From: a virus
Lineage: Duplodnaviria > Caudoviricetes
Virus record (IMG/VR): IMGVR_UViG_3300033067_002502
Span: 106,417 to 170,416 of that record
Strand: one strand, 5' to 3'
Length of the DNA: 64,000 nt
The position numbers and the translations under genes were made by a program. The notes beneath the pieces were generated by a model. That model was not told the origin of the DNA and made no database searches. It saw only the letters and a program-made list of their open reading frames with translations. The stretch's first letter is position 1, and every line of letters starts with the position of its first letter. Shown here piece after piece: positions 1 to 10,337 of this stretch.

Positions 1-1
1 A

Positions 2-1024
2 AACATAGATATAAATTCTTCATATTCTTCTCTTGATGTTGATTTGCGATTCTTTTTAACAACTCCACAGCCTATTTCTATTCAAAAAAATCTAACTCAG
101 TCTCTTGGCGGTTTTGTTAGTCTTGGGGAAATTTATCAAGGAGCTTTACTTCTTGATTCTTTATCTATTTATGATAGTTCTTTATCTATAAATGAAAAAG
201 AAATAAGTTCTGATTTTTCTTTATCTGATTTTCAAAGTAGTCAATATTTACAAATTAATGATGAAATAATTAAAATAGATAAATGGATAGGAAGTAAAGC
301 TTACATTTCTGAAAGAAATTCTTTTGATACTCCTTTAAGGATGCATTCAGCAAATTCTGTTATTAGAAAAATAGCAAAAAACGATTTTTTTGATAATAAA
401 TTGAGTTCTGACAGGAAACAGTATAGGTGTTTAGCTATAAAAAACACAAATAAAACTGATGTTGCTAAAAATATGAAGGTATTTCTTAGATTATATAGTA
501 GAAATAACTTGTCAGTTATACGTTTAGCTATAGAGTCCCCTATTAGCGATTATTATGAAGGCGTTTCTTCTTCAACAGGTTTAACCGCATTTTCTGTTAT
601 AGGACTAATAGGAAATTTTGAAAGTTCTCATTTTGTTGCATCTCCTATTGTTTTTACAAGTGGAGTAAATACAGGACAGATTAGGATAATAAAATCATAT
701 AATCCCACAAGTGGGACTATAGAGCTAGATCAAAGATTGCCATTTTCTATAAGCTCGGGTGATTCTTTTTACATAGACACAGCCCCTTGTCAAAGAGTTA
801 AGTCTGGAACAAAGCCTCCGAGCGGAGATCGTGTTTCTGCTTTTTTTGACGCAAATAGAGAAGAAGATGCTATTTCTATAAATATAGGCGAAAATAGGAT
901 TAGCGGGAATGATTTGCTGCCAAATGAAGTTATTTATATATGGATAGAAAGAGGCATATCTGATATAAATGATGAATTTATAAATAATAGATTTTCTTTA
1001 AGTGTAATATACAGTAAAATTTGA
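2..1024 (+). CDS. Putative virion structural protein, 5'-truncated by the window edge
   Basis: Frame is open from nt 2 (NIDINSSYSSLDVDLRFFLT...), so the TTG at 44 is probably not the start. Beta-rich sequence; abuts the giant structural genes. Confidence 0.55.
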   Translation, partial: NIDINSSYSSLDVDLRFFLTTPQPISIQKNLTQSLGGFVSLGEIYQGALLLDSLSIYDSSLSINEKEISSDFSLSDFQSSQYLQINDEIIKIDKWIGSKAYISERNSFDTPLRMHSANSVIRKIAKNDFFDNKLSSDRKQYRCLAIKNTNKTDVAKNMKVFLRLYSRNNLSVIRLAIESPISDYYEGVSSSTGLTAFSVIGLIGNFESSHFVASPIVFTSGVNTGQIRIIKSYNPTSGTIELDQRLPFSISSGDSFYIDTAPCQRVKSGTKPPSGDRVSAFFDANREEDAISINIGENRISGNDLLPNEVIYIWIERGISDINDEFINNRFSLSVIYSKI

Positions 1025-1025
1025 T

Positions 1026-2093
1026 ATGGAAACAATAAATTTAAATATAAATAAAAAAGAATACTCAAATTCTTTAATTCAAAATGTAGAATTTTTAATT
1101 AAATTCGAGTCAGTTCCTTTTAAGGAAGAATTAAGCGATCAATTATTACAGTCTAGCGGAAGTCAATATTTTTTTATAGAAAAATCGTTACAAGGTAACG
1201 GAGCAAGAATGAGACCTCAATCTTCTTTATTTCTTCCTTTGTTACTTACTAAATTAGATGAATTTTCTTTTGGATTTTGGTTAAATCCATTTTGGATTTC
1301 TCCAACTATAAGTCCTGTTACAAATATGCCTGTTTATTACAGAATGTCTTTATTTGATAAATCTAATTACTCATATTCAAGTTCTTCTGGATTTGTAAGT
1401 CCTGTAGATGGTTCTTTTTCAATATACGAAGAAAGCAGAGATGACGGATTTAATGTTATGAAGATACATCTTATATCTTTTGACGGTAAAGAAATTGTAG
1501 TTGAAACAGAGTCATATGAATCTAATAAATTCCATCATTTCTGGATAGCGTATTATGGATTAAGTAGAAAATTGAATGTATATATTGACGGAAAGCTTGT
1601 TAAATTAATTTCAGAAGACGGATTACCTATTCCAGAAAGCTTGAATAATAATTCTTCTGTTTATTTCCATATAAATAATTCTGCTATTGGATATGGATCT
1701 TTACTAAGGCATAATGCTGGATTTATTGATGAATTGGTTTTCATAAGTCAATTTATTGCTAATTCTAAAACAATATCTGATATAATAAATTTAGGAGTTG
1801 AATATGTTGTTGATCAAAAATTATTATATCAAGGATTGGTAAATAATTGTTTTGTTTTTGATGATCCAACATCTTTAGGAGTAACGTCTGTTTTAAGTAA
1901 TGGAAAGAATTTTTATGCAGGTAGAAGTGATGGATCTCTTTTTAAAGGAGATAGGACTATGTGGCAAGTTAGAAGAGATTTTTCTAATAGAGAGGAAATC
2001 AATTCTGTAAAGAAAAAAATCTTTGATGAAAATTCAGTGGTTAATATTGAGTCCGGTTCTTTAAAATTATTCAAGGCATCTGTTAGGATATAA
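1026..2093 (+). CDS. LamG/concanavalin A-like lectin domain protein (putative tail/baseplate)
   Basis: FSFGFWLNP...FHHFWIAY...LNVYIDGKLV...GFIDELVF is the typical Laminin_G_3 pattern. Confidence 0.7.
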   Translation: METINLNINKKEYSNSLIQNVEFLIKFESVPFKEELSDQLLQSSGSQYFFIEKSLQGNGARMRPQSSLFLPLLLTKLDEFSFGFWLNPFWISPTISPVTNMPVYYRMSLFDKSNYSYSSSSGFVSPVDGSFSIYEESRDDGFNVMKIHLISFDGKEIVVETESYESNKFHHFWIAYYGLSRKLNVYIDGKLVKLISEDGLPIPESLNNNSSVYFHINNSAIGYGSLLRHNAGFIDELVFISQFIANSKTISDIINLGVEYVVDQKLLYQGLVNNCFVFDDPTSLGVTSVLSNGKNFYAGRSDGSLFKGDRTMWQVRRDFSNREEINSVKKKIFDENSVVNIESGSLKLFKASVRI

Positions 2094-2095
2094 AA

Positions 2096-5000
2096 ATGGC
2101 AATAAAGATTACAAAAGTAAAAATTAATAACAAACAAATAGGAGGAGATTTACTTGTTCTTCCTTTTGATATTGTTACTATAAATTGGGAAATAAATACA
2201 ACCACAGCAGCCATAAAACAACTTTCATATGAAATTAGAATAGCAAATCATACCGTTAATTTTGGCACAGATTCTTTTATTCCTGATGTTATTAGACAGC
2301 CATATGCAAGAGATAGATCTCAGTATTGGAGATTGAAAACTAAATTTTTGCAAAGAGGTCATGTTTATTATGGACAAATTAGAGTCAAAGATACGACTGG
2401 AGAGGAAAGTGATTGGGTAACATTTAGCTTTACTATTAATCGTTTACCTTTTTTGACATATGCAAAAATAAAGCCTGAAATACCTTCTGAAAATGATGAT
2501 TTAGAATTAGATTTAGGAATTGCGTCGGAGTTAATTTCTATACAAACAAAATGGTTTAGAAACGGAATACATTATAATCAATTTGATAATTATCAAAAAA
2601 TATCTAAAGAATATGTAAGATATGGAGATTCTTGGTATTCAGAAATCGTTCCTAATGATGGTATTGAAAAAGGCTCAACTGTTTTTGCAAAAGCAGTAAA
2701 AGTTTCTAAAAAACCACCAATAGTTGATAGTCTTCAAATATTCCCAATTAATCCAAATGTTAATGACATATTGGAGGCAAGTTATACAATTAATGATCCA
2801 AACACTGCTTCTCTTTTACTTAAAGACAAAAGCCAAATAAGATGGTATATAAATAATTCAGTTATAACAGAGGCAAATGATCAGAAATTTGTTCGTTTTG
2901 CTTTAAAGCCAAATGATAATGTCTTCTTTTCTATAATTCCTAGTGATGGTATATCTTTTGGAGATATGGTGTCTTCTAAGAGTATTACCGTACAAGAAGC
3001 TGGTTTTAGAGTAACAAATTTAAAAGTATCAAATAGCCTTAATCCAACAGCAAAGTGGAGCGTAATACAGCCTTTTGATAAATATTCAAGATATGCAAGT
3101 ATAAAATTAGGAACAGCACCTGGTTCTGATAATGTATACAGTGAAATTATAGAAACTTATGATAATAAATTTACTATACCAAATAAATTAGTAAAAGCAG
3201 GTGTTGATTATTATTTATCTGTTGCGTCTAGTGATCAAAAAGATTATTTTCAATATTACGAAACTTCAAAATTCAGAGCTTTAGGTAATCTTTGGGAAAG
3301 AGAAGTTGATAACTTAAAAGGATGGACTATTGAACTTTCTGTAAGCGTTATAGGAGATAATGGTTATCATAGGATTTCAATAGGAGACGGAAATAGATTT
3401 GCCGAAATCAGATTTTATTCTAATAATATACAATTGTTTTTAGGAAGTAGTAATATTAAAACATTTATTATAGATCTTACTAAACCTAGAAATATAATAA
3501 TAGTTGGAAAAGAAAATTCAATAAAAGTATATTATGAAAATTCTTTAATACTAGATGGATCTAATATGTTTTTAGAATTTTCTAGTGATAAATTTATAGA
3601 AATTGGGTCAAATGCAGATTCAGAAGCCGTTGGTTATTTTAAGAGAATTGTTTACAGTGTAGATTCATCTTACGATCCAGGATCTTCTGTGTATTCTAAA
3701 ATAAATCTTGAAAAATTTATTGATTTTACAGGAACTTCAATATCTGATATTACTGAACACGAAGGAAATATATTGGTAGCTACTAATCCAATTAATATTT
3801 CAGAAAGTGGGCAGACTTATAAAATTGTAGAAACAGAAAAACCTATTATATCAGCAACAGAAAGCGTTGACTCTTTTGATTTAAAGGTAAATTCTTTAAC
3901 ATTATCTCCAGATGATAAAATAATGTATGTTTCTCATTCAAAAGGAGCTAGTCTTTTTAATAATTATTTTATCCCAAAATATGACAGCGAATCAAAATTT
4001 ACAGACGGAATTGATCCTGCATTAAATTACTGGGAAAATGTAAAGACAACAGGGTTTGAAGCTTCGAGTTATATTCAAGAAGGACTTGTTATAGACACAA
4101 GCATCTCCAACAGGACAACCTCTTTGTCTATTGAATCTGCTTTGATAACGGCAAATGTTAATGCTATTAGTTTTTTATCACTATATGATACTATTATTAA
4201 TTATGATTTTGAAATAGAAATAACAGAAAATAATATACTAAATATTTACCTTGCAGGAACTTCCAATTCCATATATTCAACAACTACTATTGATAAAACA
4301 ATAGAAGATCTTGTTAATGAATTGAAATCATTGACAACTTCTGAGAATTATTTCTTTGCTTTGTTTTATGACATAGTTGTACTTAATGAAGTTGGCCCTC
4401 AAGTTGCTAGTCGTTTATCTCCCATATCTAGTACAAGAATATTCCCTGAGTATAATTTTTCTGGAAGTTATCAAGTTAATGACCCTTACAATCCAAATCC
4501 TTACGGATCTTTGTCAACTGGAAAATGGTTTTATTCTCATAGAAAGAAGGGAACTCCTTGGTTTGATAGAGTTAGTAACGAAAAAGGATGGACTGTTGAT
4601 TTTGACTTAAGAATAGATGAAATGGAAGATAGCGACACTCCTTCTAATGTTTCAAATACTAAAGGAATCGGAATTTACATTAATGACGGATTGTGTTCGG
4701 AAAATATATCTTTCATGTCTCAAGAAATTATACTTGAAGGAACTAATCAGTCTTTCGTATACGACACAACGGCGATGACAAATTATAGACTTATTGGTAA
4801 AGATAAGAAAATTAAAATATATGGTAAAAAAACAGAAGATTCTTCTTACCAGTTAATAACAGAATCTCCTATTAAAGCAAATTCAACTAATCAGGGTAAT
4901 GCTGGTCGTCCTTCTATTGCTTCTGATAGTTTTGGTAATTTACATTCAGTATGGCATGATGATGGTTTTGGAGAAAATAGAAGACAATTATATTATAATA

Positions 5001-8000
5001 AATTTACAGAATCTCTTGGGTGGGGCGAGCCTGAATTAATTCCCACAGGAAATTTCAGTTCTTCAAATCCTAATATATCCATAGATTCTCTTAATAATAT
5101 TTATGTAGTATACGAAACAACAAGCTCTGATTATACAGATATTTCAGTGGTGTCTAATAATGGCCTTGGATGGTCTGATCCTTCCTTCTTAACTTCAAAT
5201 CTTTATGATTCTTTCAACCCTAAAATAGTAATTGATTCAAAAGATAATGCTCATGTTATTTGGGAAGATTATAGAAATTCAAATCCTCAAATTTTTTACT
5301 GTTCTAGAAGATCTTCTGACGGACAGTGGGATAGTGCTATTTTTGGAGGAGAAGATGTTCAAATAACGGCTGAACACATTGGAGCAAAAAGACCGTCAAT
5401 AATTTTTAATAATACAAATATATATGTTTGTTGGACATCTTTTAGCTCAAACGGATCTTCTTCTATTAAAATGGCAAATTATGATGAAGGAAATAAAAAG
5501 TGGACATCAAGCGGACAGGGAGGATCTGATTTTGCTGTTTCGGGTATTTCTTATTCAAAAGCAGATAATTCTGATATAATTGTAGATCTTAAGGGGCAAA
5601 TTGTTGTTGTTTGGAATGATGTATTAGATAATAATTATCAAATTTTTGGAAGATTTATAAATTCAAGATTGGTTTTTGCTAAGAATATTACTCAATTAAC
5701 AAAGGGAGATTTCGATTCAACTCATCCACGATGTGGATTAGATGTAAGAAATGGTGACATTTTTGTTGTTTTTGAAAAACAGCAAGAAAAAATATCTACT
5801 CCTTATGATCCTTATTCTGTAAGAGATTCTGATATTGAATACAAAAGCCCTAGTATTTTTATGCTTAAATGGGACGCTTATCATCAAAAATGGATTAGTA
5901 GCAATCAGAATGCTCCTACAAATTATATAGATAGTTTTGATTTAGAATTTGATTTCGGTCTTCCTCGTCTTTCTTATAGACCAACAATTGCTAGAAAATT
6001 TAATACAATTCTTCATATTCTTTTTGAAGGAAATGATGTTTCTTATGTTGGAGAAAATCTTCCTAGTAAGGACTTGTTTGTTCAAATTAGAGCTATTGAT
6101 TATAGCAGTAGGGCTTTTTCTCCTGTATTTGTTGTTGACTCTACAAAAGAGCTTTTAATGGATGGAGTGTTAAAAAGAAAAGAAATTAGATTTGGAGATT
6201 TTTCTGATAATCTTTCTGCTAGAATGGTTATAGGAGGAATCCGTTATTATCTTTCTGATGCAGTTGATCCTTTTTATATTAATTTGATTTCATCTGCTAC
6301 AACAAATATACCTAATGATTCTGTTTTGTGTTCTTCTCCAAATAATAATGGAGACGCTTGGTTAGGAACAGAAAATGGATTAATTTTTTATAGCAAAATT
6401 AATGGAAAAGCTTACATTGTTGATTCCGATGAATCTAACATAAAAGGTCTTTATATAAAATCAATATCTTTTGACAATAAAACTAATATGTATTTGGCGA
6501 CATCTTCTGGAGTATATGTAAGCGTAGATCATACTTATTTCTTTAAATTATTATTTGGAGAAAATGATTCGTCTTGTGTAGAATCTGATGGATTGAATAA
6601 TATTTATATAACCACAAAAAATGGTCTTTATATTGTAAATCTTAATAACATATATGATAAATTAGTTATTACTAAAAGCAATGTCAATCAGATCAGTAGA
6701 GAAATTGCTGTAGATGCTTCTGATATTACTAAAATTTCAATAGAAAATGGATTAATTTCTAACAATCTAACGGTTGTTAGGGTTGATGCTAGTGATGTTG
6801 CATGGATTGGATCAGATAGAGGTCTTATTCGTTATTTTAATGGAGAAATAAGTACATTTACTTCTGATGATGGATTGTGTTCTAATAAGATAAATGATAT
6901 ATCAATAAGAAATACAGCGATACGATATATTGCTACGTCTTCTGGTGTAAACAAGATGGTTGGTATAAGTATAAATTCTTTGAATTTTGATAATACAAAT
7001 TCACCACCATCTTCGGAAAATCAAGCAAATAAAGGAGATATAAATCTTCCTGTTTTTGTCAACGCTCTTGCTGTCAAGTGGAAAGAACCTAATATTTTAT
7101 GGATATCTTCTACTCATAATATTTTTCAAATAACATTTATTGAAGAATCTTTTACTACAGAAAAAACAGAAACAACCAAATTTATGAGTAAGGATTTTAC
7201 ACTTACTTCAGTTAATAATTACAAAAATGATGGTTTGCAAACATTCAGAATAGTAGACTTAGATGATAGAATAATTCCAAATAATGTTGTTTTTGAAGTA
7301 TTGCTTAATGGTAATAAAATTACAAGAGGTTATTCTTTTTCTCCAGAAAAGAAACTTATACGTTTTAATTATCCATTATTTGAAACAGATATTATAAATA
7401 TAAACATTCGTTTTGATGTGGAAAAGGTTGGAGATTTTTCTCAAAACAAGGCTCAACAGATTGCAATAGGTAATAAATCAACAAGAATTGAAAAAATACT
7501 ATCATCAAATGGAAATATCTATGCGATGACTGGCGGAGATATTAATACTGTTCAAATCAATGATCAAACAACAGATTTGCCTTTTGATAGAATTATTCTT
7601 GATAGGATTCCTCCAGAAGGAAAAATATCTATAGGAGAAAGAAGAGAAAGAAGCATTTTTGGTATTAATATTTCGCCTTTAGAATCAGATACTCTTGGTG
7701 TTTTTGATGAGGTTTCTGGTATTGATAAGTTGGTTGTTTCAAATTATACAAATTTCACAAGTGATGGAGAAATACCATTAGAGCCAATGGTATTTACTAG
7801 ATTTTTACTTCATAATATTGGAGACATGCTAGATAGCGTAAGTAAAGAATTTACCATTTCAAGCGGTAGAGGTAATAGAATATTCAATTATCATCCTGTT
7901 GGAGGAAATTCTTCTATAATGATTGGAACTTCAAATCCTGCTAATGTTTATAAATTTAATGGAATAACTAAAATTTGGGACAAAATAGATACTCTTGATA

Positions 8001-10336
8001 GTATTGGGGGAGTAGCAAATCCAAATGCATCTATTGAATTTTTCATTGAATATCAAGGAAGAGTTTATGTAGGAACCGGAAGCTCTAGTGGTTCTGGAAA
8101 AATATGGGTCATGAATGCTGACACTATGAAGTTTGACTTATTAAGAACTTTGCCATCAAATACTCACGCTTATTGCGCAATAGTGTTTGATGGTGTATTA
8201 TATTTTGGTGGGGGAGGAGGGAGTTATGGAGCTTTATATTCTTTTGACGGAACATCAACAACAGAAATTTTTAAAAATATTAGCGGTTCTATATATTCTC
8301 TTGTTGAGTCAGATAGAGAATTGTATGCAGCAACTGGAAGTGAAGGAAGGATTTATAAACTTGATACAAAGAATAATACTCAGCAAATAATTGAGGTTAA
8401 TCCAGATAGAAACGTTACTTGTATAGGAAAGGCTGTTGTAAATGGTCAAGGTTACATATTTGCAGGATTTGGTTCTAGTGGTCAAATAAAGAGATCTAAA
8501 GTTCCTAATAATCCTTTTGTTCATTCATTCAAAACTATTCCTTCTACTGTTTATTCAATTAAAACAATTGGAGATAAATTGTATGCAGCAATAGGGAATA
8601 CTTTGTATTATTTAGATAATGTTTGGAATTCTAAACATGTACATAAAGAAATGATTAAAGATATATCAGAAGGAGAAGATGGGAATATTTGGTTTGTATC
8701 TGATTCTTACGTTTACAGAATAGGTAAAGTAGAAAATGTTAAGAAAGTTTATCTAAAACTTATTGATAAAGCAGGCAATGAAACTAGATTGTATACAGAC
8801 GAGGCTCAAACAAAGCTTGATGATAATCTATTTGATCAAATAAATATATCTGATTTACAGACATTTATTAATAAAAATAGAATATTGCAAGTTGATAATT
8901 TCGGAAATTCAATTGCCTTGAGAGAAGGAAATGACAGGTTTTATTCTTCAGATATAATAGAAGAAGAAGTAGGGGAATATTACAGTGAGATATTTAATGG
9001 AACTAACAATCTTGTGTCATGGGATATTATATCATGGGAAGCAACTATTCCAAGTAATACTAGCGTAGATATTTATATAAGAACAGGAGCTACAAGAGAT
9101 GAAATCTTAGATAAAGAATTTAGTTTTTCATCTGGAGGAAAAGATCAAAATAGTGATATTTCTTATTTGTCAGGACAGTTTTTACAATTCAAAGTTATTA
9201 TGACTAGTAGGGTTAGAGGATTGAGTCCTTCTTTGAAAAATGTTGTTATAAAAAGTATTTCTAGCGATTCAACTCATTTCTTTACAACAAATTTTGTTTT
9301 ACCAAGTAGAGTTAAGGGAGGTATTCTTACTTCAACAAAGCTTCTTCCTGTTTCTGCAGATGTTGTTTTTGGAATAAATACAAGAAATTCTACAGATTTT
9401 GCAGAATATCAGATTGTTGACGAAAACAGAATATTTACTACGGAAAATGCTCAGATTGGAGATAATTTAAGAATAGGTATTAGACTTATAACTCCAACAA
9501 AAGCAGAAGCCGCTACTCCTATTCCTGAAGAATACAATCCATATGGTTCTGCTATATTATTTAATTCCGTAGAGTGGAGCTATAAAAACAAAAATTCCTT
9601 AGAGGGGGTTTATAATTTTATTGTAAGCTTTTATGAAGATGCAAGTCTTTCTAATCTCATCTATACATCTAGTAGTTCTGTTTCTCCTATAGGTTTTAGT
9701 TCTGATGGAGATATAATGCCAACTGGCGGTATTTCTTTCTATCCTGGTCAAGTAAGAGATTTTTCGTTTACTCCTGTTGGAGAGGTTCCTATAAAATGCA
9801 ATACATATTATTATACTAAAATAGAAGCAGTAATTGAAAATGATATTTCTTTGATTTCAGAAGATAGTCTTTTTATTGAATCTTGCGGAACAACGTTTGT
9901 CGATATTATAGTGTTTGATTTTTCTAATATGACATCTGATACAGAGACATATCATTTTAGAATAAGATTTTATAAAGATCCAGAAAGAACTGATTTGAAA
10001 TATACAGCATTTAGCGGAAATGACTTGTCTAACTGGATAGTTAATGAAGAAAGTCTTCCTGTTGCTGGATTTACATCTTCTCCTGGACAATTAGTTACCG
10101 TAAATTATGTTCCTGTATTGTCTTATATAGATGCGAATACTACATATTATCTTTCTATAGACATATATAATGGTGAAAAGTTTGAAAACAATAGTAATTC
10201 TTTTACCTTTAAGGCAAACGATCTTTCATCTCAGATATATTGTGGGTCTTTTGAAGACGTTCCTGTTGTTAAGAATTTTTCAGTTATGTTTGAACTTGAA
10301 AATAATGAATTTGTTAGCATGAAGGTAAAATTATAA
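2096..10336 (+). CDS. Giant (2746 aa) multidomain putative virion protein: Ig-like repeats, two lectin-like jelly rolls, several beta-propellers
   Basis: I.WY.N / GD.WY.EI.P.DG Ig-like repeats; two GWT(I/V) lectin-like domains; BNR-like blades (HSVWHDD, HVIWEDYR); two-component-regulator-type blades (WIGSDRGL, GLCSNKINDI); D.AGN Ig domain. Confidence 0.6.
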   Translation: MAIKITKVKINNKQIGGDLLVLPFDIVTINWEINTTTAAIKQLSYEIRIANHTVNFGTDSFIPDVIRQPYARDRSQYWRLKTKFLQRGHVYYGQIRVKDTTGEESDWVTFSFTINRLPFLTYAKIKPEIPSENDDLELDLGIASELISIQTKWFRNGIHYNQFDNYQKISKEYVRYGDSWYSEIVPNDGIEKGSTVFAKAVKVSKKPPIVDSLQIFPINPNVNDILEASYTINDPNTASLLLKDKSQIRWYINNSVITEANDQKFVRFALKPNDNVFFSIIPSDGISFGDMVSSKSITVQEAGFRVTNLKVSNSLNPTAKWSVIQPFDKYSRYASIKLGTAPGSDNVYSEIIETYDNKFTIPNKLVKAGVDYYLSVASSDQKDYFQYYETSKFRALGNLWEREVDNLKGWTIELSVSVIGDNGYHRISIGDGNRFAEIRFYSNNIQLFLGSSNIKTFIIDLTKPRNIIIVGKENSIKVYYENSLILDGSNMFLEFSSDKFIEIGSNADSEAVGYFKRIVYSVDSSYDPGSSVYSKINLEKFIDFTGTSISDITEHEGNILVATNPINISESGQTYKIVETEKPIISATESVDSFDLKVNSLTLSPDDKIMYVSHSKGASLFNNYFIPKYDSESKFTDGIDPALNYWENVKTTGFEASSYIQEGLVIDTSISNRTTSLSIESALITANVNAISFLSLYDTIINYDFEIEITENNILNIYLAGTSNSIYSTTTIDKTIEDLVNELKSLTTSENYFFALFYDIVVLNEVGPQVASRLSPISSTRIFPEYNFSGSYQVNDPYNPNPYGSLSTGKWFYSHRKKGTPWFDRVSNEKGWTVDFDLRIDEMEDSDTPSNVSNTKGIGIYINDGLCSENISFMSQEIILEGTNQSFVYDTTAMTNYRLIGKDKKIKIYGKKTEDSSYQLITESPIKANSTNQGNAGRPSIASDSFGNLHSVWHDDGFGENRRQLYYNKFTESLGWGEPELIPTGNFSSSNPNISIDSLNNIYVVYETTSSDYTDISVVSNNGLGWSDPSFLTSNLYDSFNPKIVIDSKDNAHVIWEDYRNSNPQIFYCSRRSSDGQWDSAIFGGEDVQITAEHIGAKRPSIIFNNTNIYVCWTSFSSNGSSSIKMANYDEGNKKWTSSGQGGSDFAVSGISYSKADNSDIIVDLKGQIVVVWNDVLDNNYQIFGRFINSRLVFAKNITQLTKGDFDSTHPRCGLDVRNGDIFVVFEKQQEKISTPYDPYSVRDSDIEYKSPSIFMLKWDAYHQKWISSNQNAPTNYIDSFDLEFDFGLPRLSYRPTIARKFNTILHILFEGNDVSYVGENLPSKDLFVQIRAIDYSSRAFSPVFVVDSTKELLMDGVLKRKEIRFGDFSDNLSARMVIGGIRYYLSDAVDPFYINLISSATTNIPNDSVLCSSPNNNGDAWLGTENGLIFYSKINGKAYIVDSDESNIKGLYIKSISFDNKTNMYLATSSGVYVSVDHTYFFKLLFGENDSSCVESDGLNNIYITTKNGLYIVNLNNIYDKLVITKSNVNQISREIAVDASDITKISIENGLISNNLTVVRVDASDVAWIGSDRGLIRYFNGEISTFTSDDGLCSNKINDISIRNTAIRYIATSSGVNKMVGISINSLNFDNTNSPPSSENQANKGDINLPVFVNALAVKWKEPNILWISSTHNIFQITFIEESFTTEKTETTKFMSKDFTLTSVNNYKNDGLQTFRIVDLDDRIIPNNVVFEVLLNGNKITRGYSFSPEKKLIRFNYPLFETDIININIRFDVEKVGDFSQNKAQQIAIGNKSTRIEKILSSNGNIYAMTGGDINTVQINDQTTDLPFDRIILDRIPPEGKISIGERRERSIFGINISPLESDTLGVFDEVSGIDKLVVSNYTNFTSDGEIPLEPMVFTRFLLHNIGDMLDSVSKEFTISSGRGNRIFNYHPVGGNSSIMIGTSNPANVYKFNGITKIWDKIDTLDSIGGVANPNASIEFFIEYQGRVYVGTGSSSGSGKIWVMNADTMKFDLLRTLPSNTHAYCAIVFDGVLYFGGGGGSYGALYSFDGTSTTEIFKNISGSIYSLVESDRELYAATGSEGRIYKLDTKNNTQQIIEVNPDRNVTCIGKAVVNGQGYIFAGFGSSGQIKRSKVPNNPFVHSFKTIPSTVYSIKTIGDKLYAAIGNTLYYLDNVWNSKHVHKEMIKDISEGEDGNIWFVSDSYVYRIGKVENVKKVYLKLIDKAGNETRLYTDEAQTKLDDNLFDQINISDLQTFINKNRILQVDNFGNSIALREGNDRFYSSDIIEEEVGEYYSEIFNGTNNLVSWDIISWEATIPSNTSVDIYIRTGATRDEILDKEFSFSSGGKDQNSDISYLSGQFLQFKVIMTSRVRGLSPSLKNVVIKSISSDSTHFFTTNFVLPSRVKGGILTSTKLLPVSADVVFGINTRNSTDFAEYQIVDENRIFTTENAQIGDNLRIGIRLITPTKAEAATPIPEEYNPYGSAILFNSVEWSYKNKNSLEGVYNFIVSFYEDASLSNLIYTSSSSVSPIGFSSDGDIMPTGGISFYPGQVRDFSFTPVGEVPIKCNTYYYTKIEAVIENDISLISEDSLFIESCGTTFVDIIVFDFSNMTSDTETYHFRIRFYKDPERTDLKYTAFSGNDLSNWIVNEESLPVAGFTSSPGQLVTVNYVPVLSYIDANTTYYLSIDIYNGEKFENNSNSFTFKANDLSSQIYCGSFEDVPVVKNFSVMFELENNEFVSMKVKL

Positions 10337-10337
10337 A

